From IMG/VR virus record IMGVR_UViG_3300029305_003514, positions 98,355 to 162,354 of that record: DNA of 64,000 bases; one strand, given 5' to 3'. Shown here one piece after another: positions 1-8,945 of the stretch. Below the pieces are notes generated by a model. It was not told the origin of the DNA. It ran no database searches and saw only the letters and a program-made list of their open reading frames with translations. Both the position numbers and the translations under genes were made by a program. How positions within the stretch are numbered: position 1 is the stretch's first letter; every line of letters begins with the position of its first letter. The stretch comes from a virus (Duplodnaviria; Caudoviricetes).

Positions 1-126
1 TGGATTATCCAATTTGTATATGGCATAGTTTGCGCCATTAATAAAATCCCTATTCATCCCGCATTGTTTTTATGTGCCGTAGTAATATGTATTGCAAATT
101 ATATTAAAGAAATTATTCAGGGATAA
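1..126 (+). CDS. 3' end of a small hydrophobic (membrane) protein, truncated by the window start
   Basis: Frame 1 reads WIIQFVYGIVCAINKIPIHPALFLCAVVICIANYIKEIIQG then TAA at 124-126. Confidence 0.55.
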   Translation, partial: WIIQFVYGIVCAINKIPIHPALFLCAVVICIANYIKEIIQG

Positions 127-172
127 AAATTAGTAGGCCAGAATGGTGCCCGCTCAAGGAAGAGGTGATATA

Positions 173-406
173 ATGCCAGAAATATATAAAGGAGATTGTC
201 ACAGCTGCCTATACAGACATAGCTGCTGCCCTCATCCTATCGATGAAGACTGCAAATATTGGAAACTAGGAAAATGTTACACCTGCAAGTTTGTAGATGA
301 TGATGACGAATGGGATGCAAGAGGATGCGAAACATGGTGCTTTGGTGGCTGCAAGCAATATAAAAGAAGTTGGAAGAAAACTTTTGAACTATTAGATAAG
401 TTTTAA
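173..406 (+). CDS. Small Cys-rich hypothetical protein
   Basis: GAGGTG RBS before ATG 173; multiple CxxC/CC motifs. Confidence 0.7.
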   Translation: MPEIYKGDCHSCLYRHSCCPHPIDEDCKYWKLGKCYTCKFVDDDDEWDARGCETWCFGGCKQYKRSWKKTFELLDKF

Positions 407-416
407 GAGGTAGATT

Positions 417-617
417 ATGTGCAAATATTGTGAACACCAAAATAATGATTTCATCATACTTAATGAAACCACCGCCTATAGTAATATTGAAATGGCTCTA
501 AATAAACAAGGTATGTTTAGAATTAGACATTATGAAGATGATGGTTGGATATGGTTTACGCAAGATGTTATAAATATTAAGTTTTGTCCTGTTTGCGGCA
601 AAGAATTTAAGAGGTAA
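417..617 (+). CDS. Small Zn-ribbon phage protein
   Basis: MCKYC start and IKFCPVCGK end; GAGG RBS. Confidence 0.75.
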   Translation: MCKYCEHQNNDFIILNETTAYSNIEMALNKQGMFRIRHYEDDGWIWFTQDVINIKFCPVCGKEFKR

Positions 618-624
618 AAAATAT

Positions 625-936
625 ATGAAAAAGAAATTATTGACAATTATATTTATTTACACCCTCGCCCTTTCATTAGTTGGTTGCGCAGAAACAGTCG
701 TTAATGTAAACGTAGAAAATAATAGTTCCTTGGCAAATACAGTACTTGGCAAAGATGCATTAATAAAGATTGGTAATGGGTTATGGTATGACTCAACAAC
801 TAGAATTGTATATTGGTGGAATGGTAGAATGAATATACATTATAGCGACACAGTACCCACACCATATTATGCACCAAATGGATTCCCATATAGATATAAT
901 CCAGAAACAAATACATTTGAAGAAATAAACAATTAA
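625..936 (+). CDS. Putative phage lipoprotein
   Basis: MKKK + hydrophobic stretch + lipobox LVG-C. Confidence 0.7.
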   Translation: MKKKLLTIIFIYTLALSLVGCAETVVNVNVENNSSLANTVLGKDALIKIGNGLWYDSTTRIVYWWNGRMNIHYSDTVPTPYYAPNGFPYRYNPETNTFEEINN

Positions 937-955
937 ATTTTAAGAGGTATAAAAT

Positions 956-1207
956 ATGATTAGAATTTTTTCAAAAGACAGAAAAGAATTACATAGCGAC
1001 ATAGATACTTGGATTGTAAAATGGACTACATACGAATATTCTTTTACTGGCATTAAATATCCAAATACTAAAGAATGTTATAAGGCATTCACTAATAAGG
1101 ATGAAGCCAATGAATATGCGGCCGCACTAAATGATGCAATGAAATTAGTTGGTATAACAGCTTTGCCAAGCGCAAAGGTATATAAACAAGAAGTTAATAG
1201 TATATAA
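956..1207 (+). CDS. Hypothetical phage protein
   Basis: GAGG RBS; tightly packed with neighbours. Confidence 0.7.
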   Translation: MIRIFSKDRKELHSDIDTWIVKWTTYEYSFTGIKYPNTKECYKAFTNKDEANEYAAALNDAMKLVGITALPSAKVYKQEVNSI

Positions 1208-1217
1208 GAGGTAATAT

Positions 1218-1457
1218 ATGTGGTATAGATTTGAAGAAGGCAACCCTATTGGTGTCCTTGATGTAAAATATTATCAAGTGGCTTGGTATAACAATGGTGT
1301 ATGCTTTGATGAGGATTTTTTCACACCAGATGAGATAGAATCAGTCATTACTTATGTTGAAACGATTGAAGACACTAAGCGCGAGGATAGAAGTAGAGTA
1401 TTTGTCTGTTTTGGCAATGGAGATAAGTATGAATTAAAGTTAGAAAAGATTGAGTAA
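1218..1457 (+). CDS. Hypothetical phage protein
   Basis: GAGG RBS; tightly packed. Confidence 0.7.
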   Translation: MWYRFEEGNPIGVLDVKYYQVAWYNNGVCFDEDFFTPDEIESVITYVETIEDTKREDRSRVFVCFGNGDKYELKLEKIE

Positions 1458-1767
1458 TAAAAATGAGGTTAATATGGATTACAGAATAAGAGATTATTAT
1501 CTAGTAAATTTAAACTACTTAACACACAACATGAGAATAAGGAACTTTAAATTAGCTGCCCCTTCATTAAAAATTAGCCCAGCACATTATCATATCAGGA
1601 GTAATAAACATTCACAAGATTATATCAATGGTTGCTATTGGCAAATGCTAATAAGCTGTAGAAAAGAAGACTCAGAAGCTCTTGAATATGAATTAAGAAA
1701 AGCTGAAAGAAGAGATGATTATGGTAGTCGATTTTTCAAATTAAGTAAAGAATTATGCGGGCAATGA
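1450..1767 (+). CDS. Hypothetical phage protein (start may be ATG 1474)
   Basis: Open frame; GAGG RBS precedes the internal ATG. Confidence 0.65.
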   Translation: MSNKNEVNMDYRIRDYYLVNLNYLTHNMRIRNFKLAAPSLKISPAHYHIRSNKHSQDYINGCYWQMLISCRKEDSEALEYELRKAERRDDYGSRFFKLSKELCGQ

Positions 1768-1772
1768 GGTGA

Positions 1773-2015
1773 ATGATTATGATTTGGAAATACGAAAAGT
1801 TTAGCGGAGATGCGGCCATTTACGCATTTTGCCCGCAGTGTGGATTTTATCATTGTCCAAGTGAGTTGGATACTGATATGAATCCTGTAATCAGATATGA
1901 ATATAACTACTGCCCTATATGTGGTGAATATTTACATGACGAAAATTTCGAAAATGGAGTTGAAGTCATTTGGAATGAAAGAAAGATTGAGGAACTATAT
2001 AATGAAGAGAATTAA
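1773..2015 (+). CDS. Small Zn-ribbon protein
   Basis: CPQCG and YCPICG motifs; GAGGTG RBS. Confidence 0.7.
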   Translation: MIMIWKYEKFSGDAAIYAFCPQCGFYHCPSELDTDMNPVIRYEYNYCPICGEYLHDENFENGVEVIWNERKIEELYNEEN

Positions 2016-2298
2016 AGATTTAGAATATAATTGGATATTTCAAAGTAGCTTTTATGTAAATGCATATACCGTTAAACATAATAATGGTAAAACATATGTA
2101 ATTTATGCTCATGACTTTAATGACATGTCCTTCTTTTTTACAAAGCTCGATCTTTTTGAAGGCGGCATATTTACTTATCAGAAGGATTGTTTTGATCATT
2201 TTGAAACTCGAAAATTACTTTCATATATTCCAGATAAAAATGGATTTCCAAAAAAGAAGCCATTTTGGTATCGTGGCCGAGTTTATGAGCTAAATTAA
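2002..2298 (+). CDS. Hypothetical phage protein
   Basis: GAGG RBS then ATG 2002, in frame with track ORF 1897..2298. Confidence 0.65.
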   Translation: MKRIKDLEYNWIFQSSFYVNAYTVKHNNGKTYVIYAHDFNDMSFFFTKLDLFEGGIFTYQKDCFDHFETRKLLSYIPDKNGFPKKKPFWYRGRVYELN

Positions 2299-2304
2299 AT
2301 AATA

Positions 2305-2367
2305 TATACCCTTTCGGGTATAAAGAAGACATAAATAATATTATTTATACCCTAACGGGTATAAAGA
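2305..2367. repeat. Two palindromic direct repeats TATACCC-N4-GGGTATAAAGA, 41 bp apart
   Basis: TATACCCtttcGGGTATA (2305-2322) and TATACCCtaacGGGTATA (2346-2363); perfect palindrome ATAAATAATATTATTTAT at 2331-2348. Confidence 0.85.
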
Positions 2368-2389
2368 TATATTTCATTGGAGGTATAAA

Positions 2390-2665
2390 ATGAAGCCAGT
2401 ATTTAAATGCGATTATTGTACCTTTATGGGAACCGAAGAAGAAGTTAAAGAACATGAGCCTAAATGTATGGATAACTACGATAGAAAGAGTTGTTATACA
2501 TGTATTCATAAACAGTTTAATGGTGTAAAGGGATTCAAATGTAATTGCGGCATTGAAATTCCCGAAGGTAAAATTTATGAGTTTTGCCCTAGTTATGAAA
2601 GAAAAGAAAGATCCAATTATGATCTTGGTAACATTTTTGGAGAGATTTTAGGAGGCACTAGATGA
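2390..2665 (+). CDS. Cys-rich Zn-binding hypothetical protein
   Basis: CDYC, HEPKC, CYTC motifs; GGAGG RBS. Confidence 0.75.
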   Translation: MKPVFKCDYCTFMGTEEEVKEHEPKCMDNYDRKSCYTCIHKQFNGVKGFKCNCGIEIPEGKIYEFCPSYERKERSNYDLGNIFGEILGGTR

Positions 2666-3171
2666 CGGCTAAGTTAATTATTAATGGTAAAGAATTTGAT
2701 ATTGAAATTTTAGATCCTAAGTTGCAGGAACTTATAGCTCCTAAAAAGCAAACTGGATATGAGATTGTTGAACTTAATAAGATATATTATTATGATAATG
2801 GTTGCGACACTGTATCAAGTAAAGTAAAAGAAAAAGTTAACGAAGATATAGTTTTGCTAAATAACGGAAATTGTTATTCTGTTTTTTCAGTAGCCAAGCA
2901 AAACGTTCGTGCAGATAAATTAATGCGCCAGCTCAGACGTTTTTCTGTAGAAAATAGAGAAAATGAACTTGATTGGTCAGATGACGATCAGGCAAAATAT
3001 AAAATTACATATTTCCATGAATTAAATAAATTATATCCCGAAGATGTATATAATATTCACGACTTTGGCTCGATTTATTTTGATTCCGCTGAAACTGCAT
3101 GCAAGGCAATTGATACATTTCATGATGAACTAATTTGGTATTTTACTGAATATAAAGACAGTTTGAGGTGA
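2662..3171 (+). CDS. Hypothetical phage protein
   Basis: 169 aa; ATGA overlap with upstream gene; AGGAGG RBS. Confidence 0.75.
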   Translation: MTAKLIINGKEFDIEILDPKLQELIAPKKQTGYEIVELNKIYYYDNGCDTVSSKVKEKVNEDIVLLNNGNCYSVFSVAKQNVRADKLMRQLRRFSVENRENELDWSDDDQAKYKITYFHELNKLYPEDVYNIHDFGSIYFDSAETACKAIDTFHDELIWYFTEYKDSLR

Positions 3172-3175
3172 TTAT

Positions 3176-3415
3176 ATGTATTTATGTTTAGATTGTAAAG
3201 GAACTTTTGAAGAACCTAATTGTTATATAGAATATCATGGGCAATATAATTTGCCTGGTGAAACCTTTTATGTGTGTCCTTATTGCGATGGGCCTTTTGT
3301 AGAGGCCATAATATGTGATGGTTGTGATGAATATATTACTGATAATTATGTTGAAACCGCTCATGGCACTAAATACTGTGAAGAGTGTTATATAATTAAA
3401 AATGTCGAAGATTAA
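3176..3415 (+). CDS. Small double Zn-ribbon protein
   Basis: CLDC, CPYC, CDGC, CEEC motifs. Confidence 0.75.
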   Translation: MYLCLDCKGTFEEPNCYIEYHGQYNLPGETFYVCPYCDGPFVEAIICDGCDEYITDNYVETAHGTKYCEECYIIKNVED

Positions 3416-3434
3416 TTAAAAATAATAAAGGGCG

Positions 3435-6239
3435 GTGATACCATTGGCAAAACAAAATAAACTGCCACAATATATATATAAAATTAATTCAACCTTGCTT
3501 GAGACAAGCAATTGGAATTTAGCTCTTCCTTTAAATAGGGCTAGAAAAATTCCAGGTCTAGTTGTTTCTTTGGCTGATTCTCAGATTTTATCATGGATAA
3601 ACGAGCTAAATGGCACAGAAAATTATGATATACAGGCCAAAGAAGTTAAGCAAAAGATTAAGGATGTAAAAAAACAACCAAGTAGTAGAGAAAATAAAAT
3701 TAAAATTAGTAGTCTTTACGAGCAGTTATATAGACTGCAGTTTAAAGAAGACTATGTAACCGTAGTAATGGATAAGAAATCTCATTATGATAGGGCCAAT
3801 AAAGGCTTTTATATTAATGGAATCTTATATAAGCGACTTATTTGCACCACAAATGGCGTAAAAACATCAAGTGTTGTATATATTAGTGACAGATTACATG
3901 ATGAACTAAAGAAAAGAATCGAAAATGGCAAAAATAATGATGTAAAACTTGTGCCCGCTAAATTAGGTGCATATGAAGCTTTGGCGGCAAGCGCATCTCT
4001 TCCAGTAAGTTGGCCTAAGGATAAAAATGCAAAAATTCCTGGCGGCATTATTGTAGTAAGAGATTGTTTTACTAAATTTAAGACAGATTTGATTAATATA
4101 GACACTAGTGATAAGACAAAAGAGCCTGTTGTGACTTATTTACATGACGCAGAAATGGAAAATAACTGCTCAGATGGATGTTCCATGATGCTCCCATCAC
4201 TCTCCCGCCGTTGGAACGGCGAGCTCAATAAGGACTACAATCATACCATGAGTGGCTGTAATTTAAGATGCGCATGGACAAAAGGCATGACATTTACCTT
4301 CGATTTTATTAAATTCGCAGAAGAAATCGTTGGAGCCTCAGAAAATAATCAAGAAAAGTACTTGATTACTGATGTGTGGGGAGATAAACGTGATGTTAGA
4401 GATGCTGAGTTGATTTTAACAGAGGGACAACTTAAATTATGGGCCTGTTACAGTTCTTGGGAGGATTATTTTAATAAATGCCTTGAAAATAAGTATACAA
4501 TTCGTGTTGCTAAGACTGCGCCGCATGAAAATGATGATATAAGGCAGTTAAATTATCAATTTATTCAATCTTTAGAGTTAAATAATGAGGACGTTGAGGA
4601 ATTAATCTCTCCTACTGTAAATGAAATTCAAGATATTATGGGTCTAGATCCAGTAAAAAGCGTTATTTATTTATGCGGTAAAGGGCTTGATGATAACACT
4701 GTAAGGCATGCAGATTCATGCGCAAAAGCCCTGATGATTGATAAAAGTGCAATAGATGACCCATATATTCGCAAAAAGATAAGAAAAATGATAAATAAAC
4801 GTATCAGAGATGCTAAAATTGGCGTTTTAGATGTGCGCGGCAACTTTCAAATCTTATCTGGAGACCTTTATGCTTTATGTGAGAACATGTTTGGTATGGA
4901 ACCTACTGGATTGCTTAAAGCTGGTGAAATTTATAGTAAATATTGGTCTGATAATGATGTAAAAAGGGTTTTATGCTTTAGAGCACCTATGAGTAATGCA
5001 CATTCTATTGTGGCGCAGGATATTTGTTATAATGAAAAGGCCGCAAAATGGTTTGAATATATTGATACATGTGTCGTTGTTAATGCATGGGATAGTATGC
5101 CTGCGGCATTAAATGGTTTTGATTTTGATGGAGACCTTTTATTTACAACAGATAATGCTCCATTAATGAGAAGGCAGACTAATTTGCCCGCATTAAATTG
5201 TATTCAGCATAATGCCTCTAAGAAAGTTGTTGGTGAAGAAGATGTAGTGCTTGCGAATAAGCAGGGATTTGGTTCTAAAATTGGTCAGATAACTAACCGT
5301 ATTACATGCATAACTTCATTAATGGCAAATTATAAACCAGGCAGCGTTGAATATGAGACTCTTAGATATAGAACTCAATGCGGACAGGCTCTCCAGCAAG
5401 AGGAAATTGACAAAGCAAAAGGAATTATTCCTACTCCAATGCCTCTTCATTGGTATATTGACAAAGAAAATATGATTCACGAAGAGGATAATGAGGAAAT
5501 TAGGGCCAAAAAAGAGCTAAATCACATATTATGCGCCTCAAAAAAGCCATATTTCTTTGCATATAATTATCAGTCTTTAAAAACTGAATATGATGAATTA
5601 ATGGCGGGCATTAACTCAAAATTAATAAATATGTTCCAAAAAACCTTCAAAGAGATGCAAAAAAGTACAAATTTAACCGAAACAGAGCAAAAAATGCTTG
5701 ATTTATGCGTAAAAAAGATAAATTTAGACCTCTCCCCTTCTACTATGAATAAAATTTGTTGGGCTGTAGAGGATAAATTTGACGGTGTAGATCTGTTTAA
5801 GGATGTTATATTTGACTATTCTTTATATAAAAGTAATATCAGATACGATGATATTACATACGTACAGATAAAAGATTTATGTAAAGATTATTTGAAGAAG
5901 ATTCGTCAGATAAATAAACGTCGTGCCTTTGATAATCAAGATGATTTAAATTATGCGGCAGATAAAGAGCAATTATTCACTATGCTTGCCGAAGAATGTG
6001 CGAAAATTTGTCCTAATGAGAAGGAATTATGTGAAATCTTACTTGATTTATGTTATAACGATGGCATAAATACTTCGGTTGTTTGGAATATTTCTTCGGA
6101 AGTTATTATAAATAATATGTTAGCCAAGCACGATTCTACTCTTTCATATCCATTAAAAACTCCTAATGGAGATATACAGTGCTGCGGCAATACTTTTATT
6201 CAGAAAACCATTAAGATTGGAGTTGACAAAGATGATTAA
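3435..6239 (+). CDS. YonO-like single-polypeptide DNA-dependent RNA polymerase (two-barrel family)
   Basis: 934 aa; catalytic GFDFDGD loop, upstream RAP motif, SDGC motif and QQEEIDKAKG; sits upstream of an SPbeta-like late cluster. Confidence 0.85.
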   Translation: MIPLAKQNKLPQYIYKINSTLLETSNWNLALPLNRARKIPGLVVSLADSQILSWINELNGTENYDIQAKEVKQKIKDVKKQPSSRENKIKISSLYEQLYRLQFKEDYVTVVMDKKSHYDRANKGFYINGILYKRLICTTNGVKTSSVVYISDRLHDELKKRIENGKNNDVKLVPAKLGAYEALAASASLPVSWPKDKNAKIPGGIIVVRDCFTKFKTDLINIDTSDKTKEPVVTYLHDAEMENNCSDGCSMMLPSLSRRWNGELNKDYNHTMSGCNLRCAWTKGMTFTFDFIKFAEEIVGASENNQEKYLITDVWGDKRDVRDAELILTEGQLKLWACYSSWEDYFNKCLENKYTIRVAKTAPHENDDIRQLNYQFIQSLELNNEDVEELISPTVNEIQDIMGLDPVKSVIYLCGKGLDDNTVRHADSCAKALMIDKSAIDDPYIRKKIRKMINKRIRDAKIGVLDVRGNFQILSGDLYALCENMFGMEPTGLLKAGEIYSKYWSDNDVKRVLCFRAPMSNAHSIVAQDICYNEKAAKWFEYIDTCVVVNAWDSMPAALNGFDFDGDLLFTTDNAPLMRRQTNLPALNCIQHNASKKVVGEEDVVLANKQGFGSKIGQITNRITCITSLMANYKPGSVEYETLRYRTQCGQALQQEEIDKAKGIIPTPMPLHWYIDKENMIHEEDNEEIRAKKELNHILCASKKPYFFAYNYQSLKTEYDELMAGINSKLINMFQKTFKEMQKSTNLTETEQKMLDLCVKKINLDLSPSTMNKICWAVEDKFDGVDLFKDVIFDYSLYKSNIRYDDITYVQIKDLCKDYLKKIRQINKRRAFDNQDDLNYAADKEQLFTMLAEECAKICPNEKELCEILLDLCYNDGINTSVVWNISSEVIINNMLAKHDSTLSYPLKTPNGDIQCCGNTFIQKTIKIGVDKDD

Positions 6240-7128
6240 ATTTAAGTTTCATGAAGAAAGAGATATTATAAATGCAGTCGAGTCCAATTCCATGGATTTT
6301 TCTAATCCAAGAAAAGTAATTTGGATGTTGGCACTGTATTATGTTAAAGTTCATAACAATGATGACAAAATGGCTTTTAAAAATATAAAAGAATATATAG
6401 AAGAACATAATAAGGATATTTATTATGAGCAATATGTATCAGATATAAACAAGTGTATTAGAAAAGCAAAGAAATATGCGTTAAAGAATATTGATCAGAT
6501 TATTATTACAAAGTCTGAAATGGCTACTATTCAGTCTTTTAATGATATTAAAAAGGAAAAGATTGTATTTGTATTAATTGCTCTTGCCAAATATTTTAAT
6601 GCACTTTATAATCAAGATTCAGATTGTTTGTTTGCAAAAACGAGTGAGATATTTAAATATGCGCGAGTTGTAATACCAGCTTCGGAAAGAGATTATTATT
6701 TACATTTTGCATACGATAGCGGAGTTTTATTGCCCAATTTTAGTATTGGTTCTAATATGCAGCTGGTCGGTGTGATATCACATGAAGAAGATGATGAGCC
6801 CGCTCTTACTTTAAATGAATATGATTATCAAGAGTTAGCATATACGTATTTGAATTTTAAAAATGGCGGTTATAAGAGATGTGCTCAATGTGGAAGTTGG
6901 TTTAAAACTAAGACAACAGAGCCTGGGGCTTTATATTGTCACCTACATAAACCTAAGGAATATGAATCTATTGGTTATAAAAAATGTGAATGCAAAGATT
7001 GCGGAGAGGTTTTTTATGTTGATGCTCGCAATATGACAAAGTGCAGATGTGATATATGCCAAGAAAAAAGAGATAAAGAAATGAAATCTTTGCGAAATGC
7101 AAGATATTATGAAAAGCATAAAAATTAA
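6232..7128 (+). CDS. Protein overlapping the RNAP stop, with C-terminal Zn ribbons
   Basis: GGAG RBS, ATG 6232; CAQCG, CKDCG, CDIC motifs. Confidence 0.75.
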   Translation: MIKFKFHEERDIINAVESNSMDFSNPRKVIWMLALYYVKVHNNDDKMAFKNIKEYIEEHNKDIYYEQYVSDINKCIRKAKKYALKNIDQIIITKSEMATIQSFNDIKKEKIVFVLIALAKYFNALYNQDSDCLFAKTSEIFKYARVVIPASERDYYLHFAYDSGVLLPNFSIGSNMQLVGVISHEEDDEPALTLNEYDYQELAYTYLNFKNGGYKRCAQCGSWFKTKTTEPGALYCHLHKPKEYESIGYKKCECKDCGEVFYVDARNMTKCRCDICQEKRDKEMKSLRNARYYEKHKN

Positions 7129-7145
7129 GACGGTATGTTTTTTAG

Positions 7146-7163
7146 TTTACAATACAAAATTAA
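7146..7163 (+). promoter_or_regulatory. Motif TTNACAAYACAAAATTAA, copy 1, upstream of the clpP-phoH-HU block
   Basis: TTTACAATACAAAATTAA; also at 17074, 18301 and 29049. Confidence 0.65.
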
Positions 7164-7269
7164 CGAGTAATTTACTTACATTTTTGAGATAGGGCTTTAT
7201 TTTTCTATAATGATAAGAAAGTATAAAGCCTTATCTTATAAAATTAACAAAAACAACGGAGGTACAAAT

Positions 7270-7899
7270 ATGAGTGATATGTTAAATGAACTATTGGTAG
7301 GTATTCCTGAGAATGTTGCTAACTTACAGCTTCCAGATCCTACTCTTAGACAGTTTTATTTGGACGAGGAAGATCGTGTCTTTTATGTAGATGACACAAT
7401 CAACGCTTCTACTCTTGATCTTGTTAAAATGATTATGCGTTGTAACAGAGAGGATAAGGGTAAGCCCGTAGAAGCACGTAAGCCTATCACTGTTATGATT
7501 GATAGCCCTGGTGGTTCTGTAGAATGTCTATTATCTATTATTAAGACAATTGATCTTAGCAAGACTCCAGTTAGAACTGTATGTTATTGTTCTGCAATGA
7601 GTGCAGCTGCAGATTTACTTGCTAGCGGACATAAAGGTATGAGATATTGCCTCCCCGGTACAAGTGTAATGATGCATTCTGGAAGTTGTGCATATCAGGG
7701 TACTGCTAGTCAGGTTGATGCCGCAAAGAAATTTTTTGATGCTATGGGTAAAAGAGTTACCGATCATGTTTTCAGCAGAACTGAAATTGATACAAAAACT
7801 CAGCGAAAAATGAAAGATGACTATTATATGAATGAAGAAGACGCTTTAAAACTTGGCATCATTGACCATATTATTGATGATTTAGATGTGTTGTTTTAA
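7270..7899 (+). CDS. clpP: ClpP-family protease subunit
   Basis: IDSPGGSV, AMSAAA (Ser), MMH (His), DYYM..EDALKLGIIDHI; GGAGG RBS before ATG 7270. Confidence 0.85.
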   Translation: MSDMLNELLVGIPENVANLQLPDPTLRQFYLDEEDRVFYVDDTINASTLDLVKMIMRCNREDKGKPVEARKPITVMIDSPGGSVECLLSIIKTIDLSKTPVRTVCYCSAMSAAADLLASGHKGMRYCLPGTSVMMHSGSCAYQGTASQVDAAKKFFDAMGKRVTDHVFSRTEIDTKTQRKMKDDYYMNEEDALKLGIIDHIIDDLDVLF

Positions 7900-7911
7900 A
7901 GGAGGGTGTTT

Positions 7912-8619
7912 ATGTCTAGTAAGAAGAAACAGACATTTGAAACTTATGGTGATGTACCTAGAGATTTAAATGACCATCCATTTTATGGAATAAAACTAGA
8001 TAAAGACCAGTTAAATTTTGCTAATGCAATTTTAAATCCTGAAAAATTAATCGTTTTTTGTGATAGTAAAGCAGGAACTGGTAAAACCACTATAGCAACG
8101 GGCGTTGCAAATCTTTTAGTTCAGCATAGAGAATATGATGGTATTGTTTATATTGCTGCGCCGGTTCAAGAAGAAAAACTGGGATATATGCCTGGAGATT
8201 TACAGAGTAAAGTTAGTTTGTATTTTGATCCATTGTATCAGGCATTAATTAAATTAAATATTACTCCAGAGAATGTCATAAATCAATTGGCTATAGAGAA
8301 TATGAAAAATGGTACTGGTTATATAGATACGATTACACACGTTTTTTTAAGAGGCCAAAATTTTGAAAATAAAGTTGTTATTATCGAAGAGGCTCAAAAC
8401 TTATATCTTGATGAACTCCGTAAAGTATTAACTAGAATTCATGATAATTGCAAAACAATTGTTATTGGACATTGCGGCCAGTGTGATTTATATCATAACC
8501 CACAAAATAGTGGATTTGCTAAATATATTGAGCATTTTAGAAATGAGCCATATGCTCAAGTTTGTGAATTAACTAAGAATTATAGAGGCAAAGTTTCTAC
8601 TCATGCAGATAGCCTTTGA
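7912..8619 (+). CDS. phoH: PhoH-family ATPase
   Basis: AGTGKT Walker A, EKLGYMPGD, FLRGQNF, IIEEAQN, LTRI. Confidence 0.9.
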   Translation: MSSKKKQTFETYGDVPRDLNDHPFYGIKLDKDQLNFANAILNPEKLIVFCDSKAGTGKTTIATGVANLLVQHREYDGIVYIAAPVQEEKLGYMPGDLQSKVSLYFDPLYQALIKLNITPENVINQLAIENMKNGTGYIDTITHVFLRGQNFENKVVIIEEAQNLYLDELRKVLTRIHDNCKTIVIGHCGQCDLYHNPQNSGFAKYIEHFRNEPYAQVCELTKNYRGKVSTHADSL

Positions 8620-8640
8620 GTAATTATTAGGAGGTGCAAA

Positions 8641-8937
8641 ATGGAACTTCGAAAAAAGGAAATTGTAAATGAATTAGCAAAAAGATGTGATTTTTATAAA
8701 AAATCTGTTGAGCAAATTTTAAATGAGTTAGAGAATATTATTGTTGAAAATTTGGGTCAAGCAACTCTTGATGAAGATATAGAGATTCATCTTGCAAAAG
8801 GACTGGTTATTGGAGCTAAAAGATATCCAGAACGTGAAGCACATGACCCAAGAAATCAAAAGACTATTATAACTCCAGAAAAATCCATTCCATATGCTAA
8901 ATTTACATATACGTTTAAACAAAAAATTAACGAATGA
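8641..8937 (+). CDS. HU/IHF-like DNA-binding protein
   Basis: KKEIVNELA helix, REAHDPRNQKTIITP arm and terminal FKQKIN. Confidence 0.75.
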   Translation: MELRKKEIVNELAKRCDFYKKSVEQILNELENIIVENLGQATLDEDIEIHLAKGLVIGAKRYPEREAHDPRNQKTIITPEKSIPYAKFTYTFKQKINE

Positions 8938-8945
8938 GGTGCGGT

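Noticed and set aside
2305-2367. Mini CRISPR array
   Set aside because: Only two ~22-bp units, a short AT palindromic spacer and no cas genes
3435-6239. Eukaryotic-type RNA-dependent RNA polymerase / RNAi system
   Set aside because: The DxDGD motif is shared, but the phage context upstream of an SPbeta-like late cluster fits a YonO-type DNA-dependent enzyme
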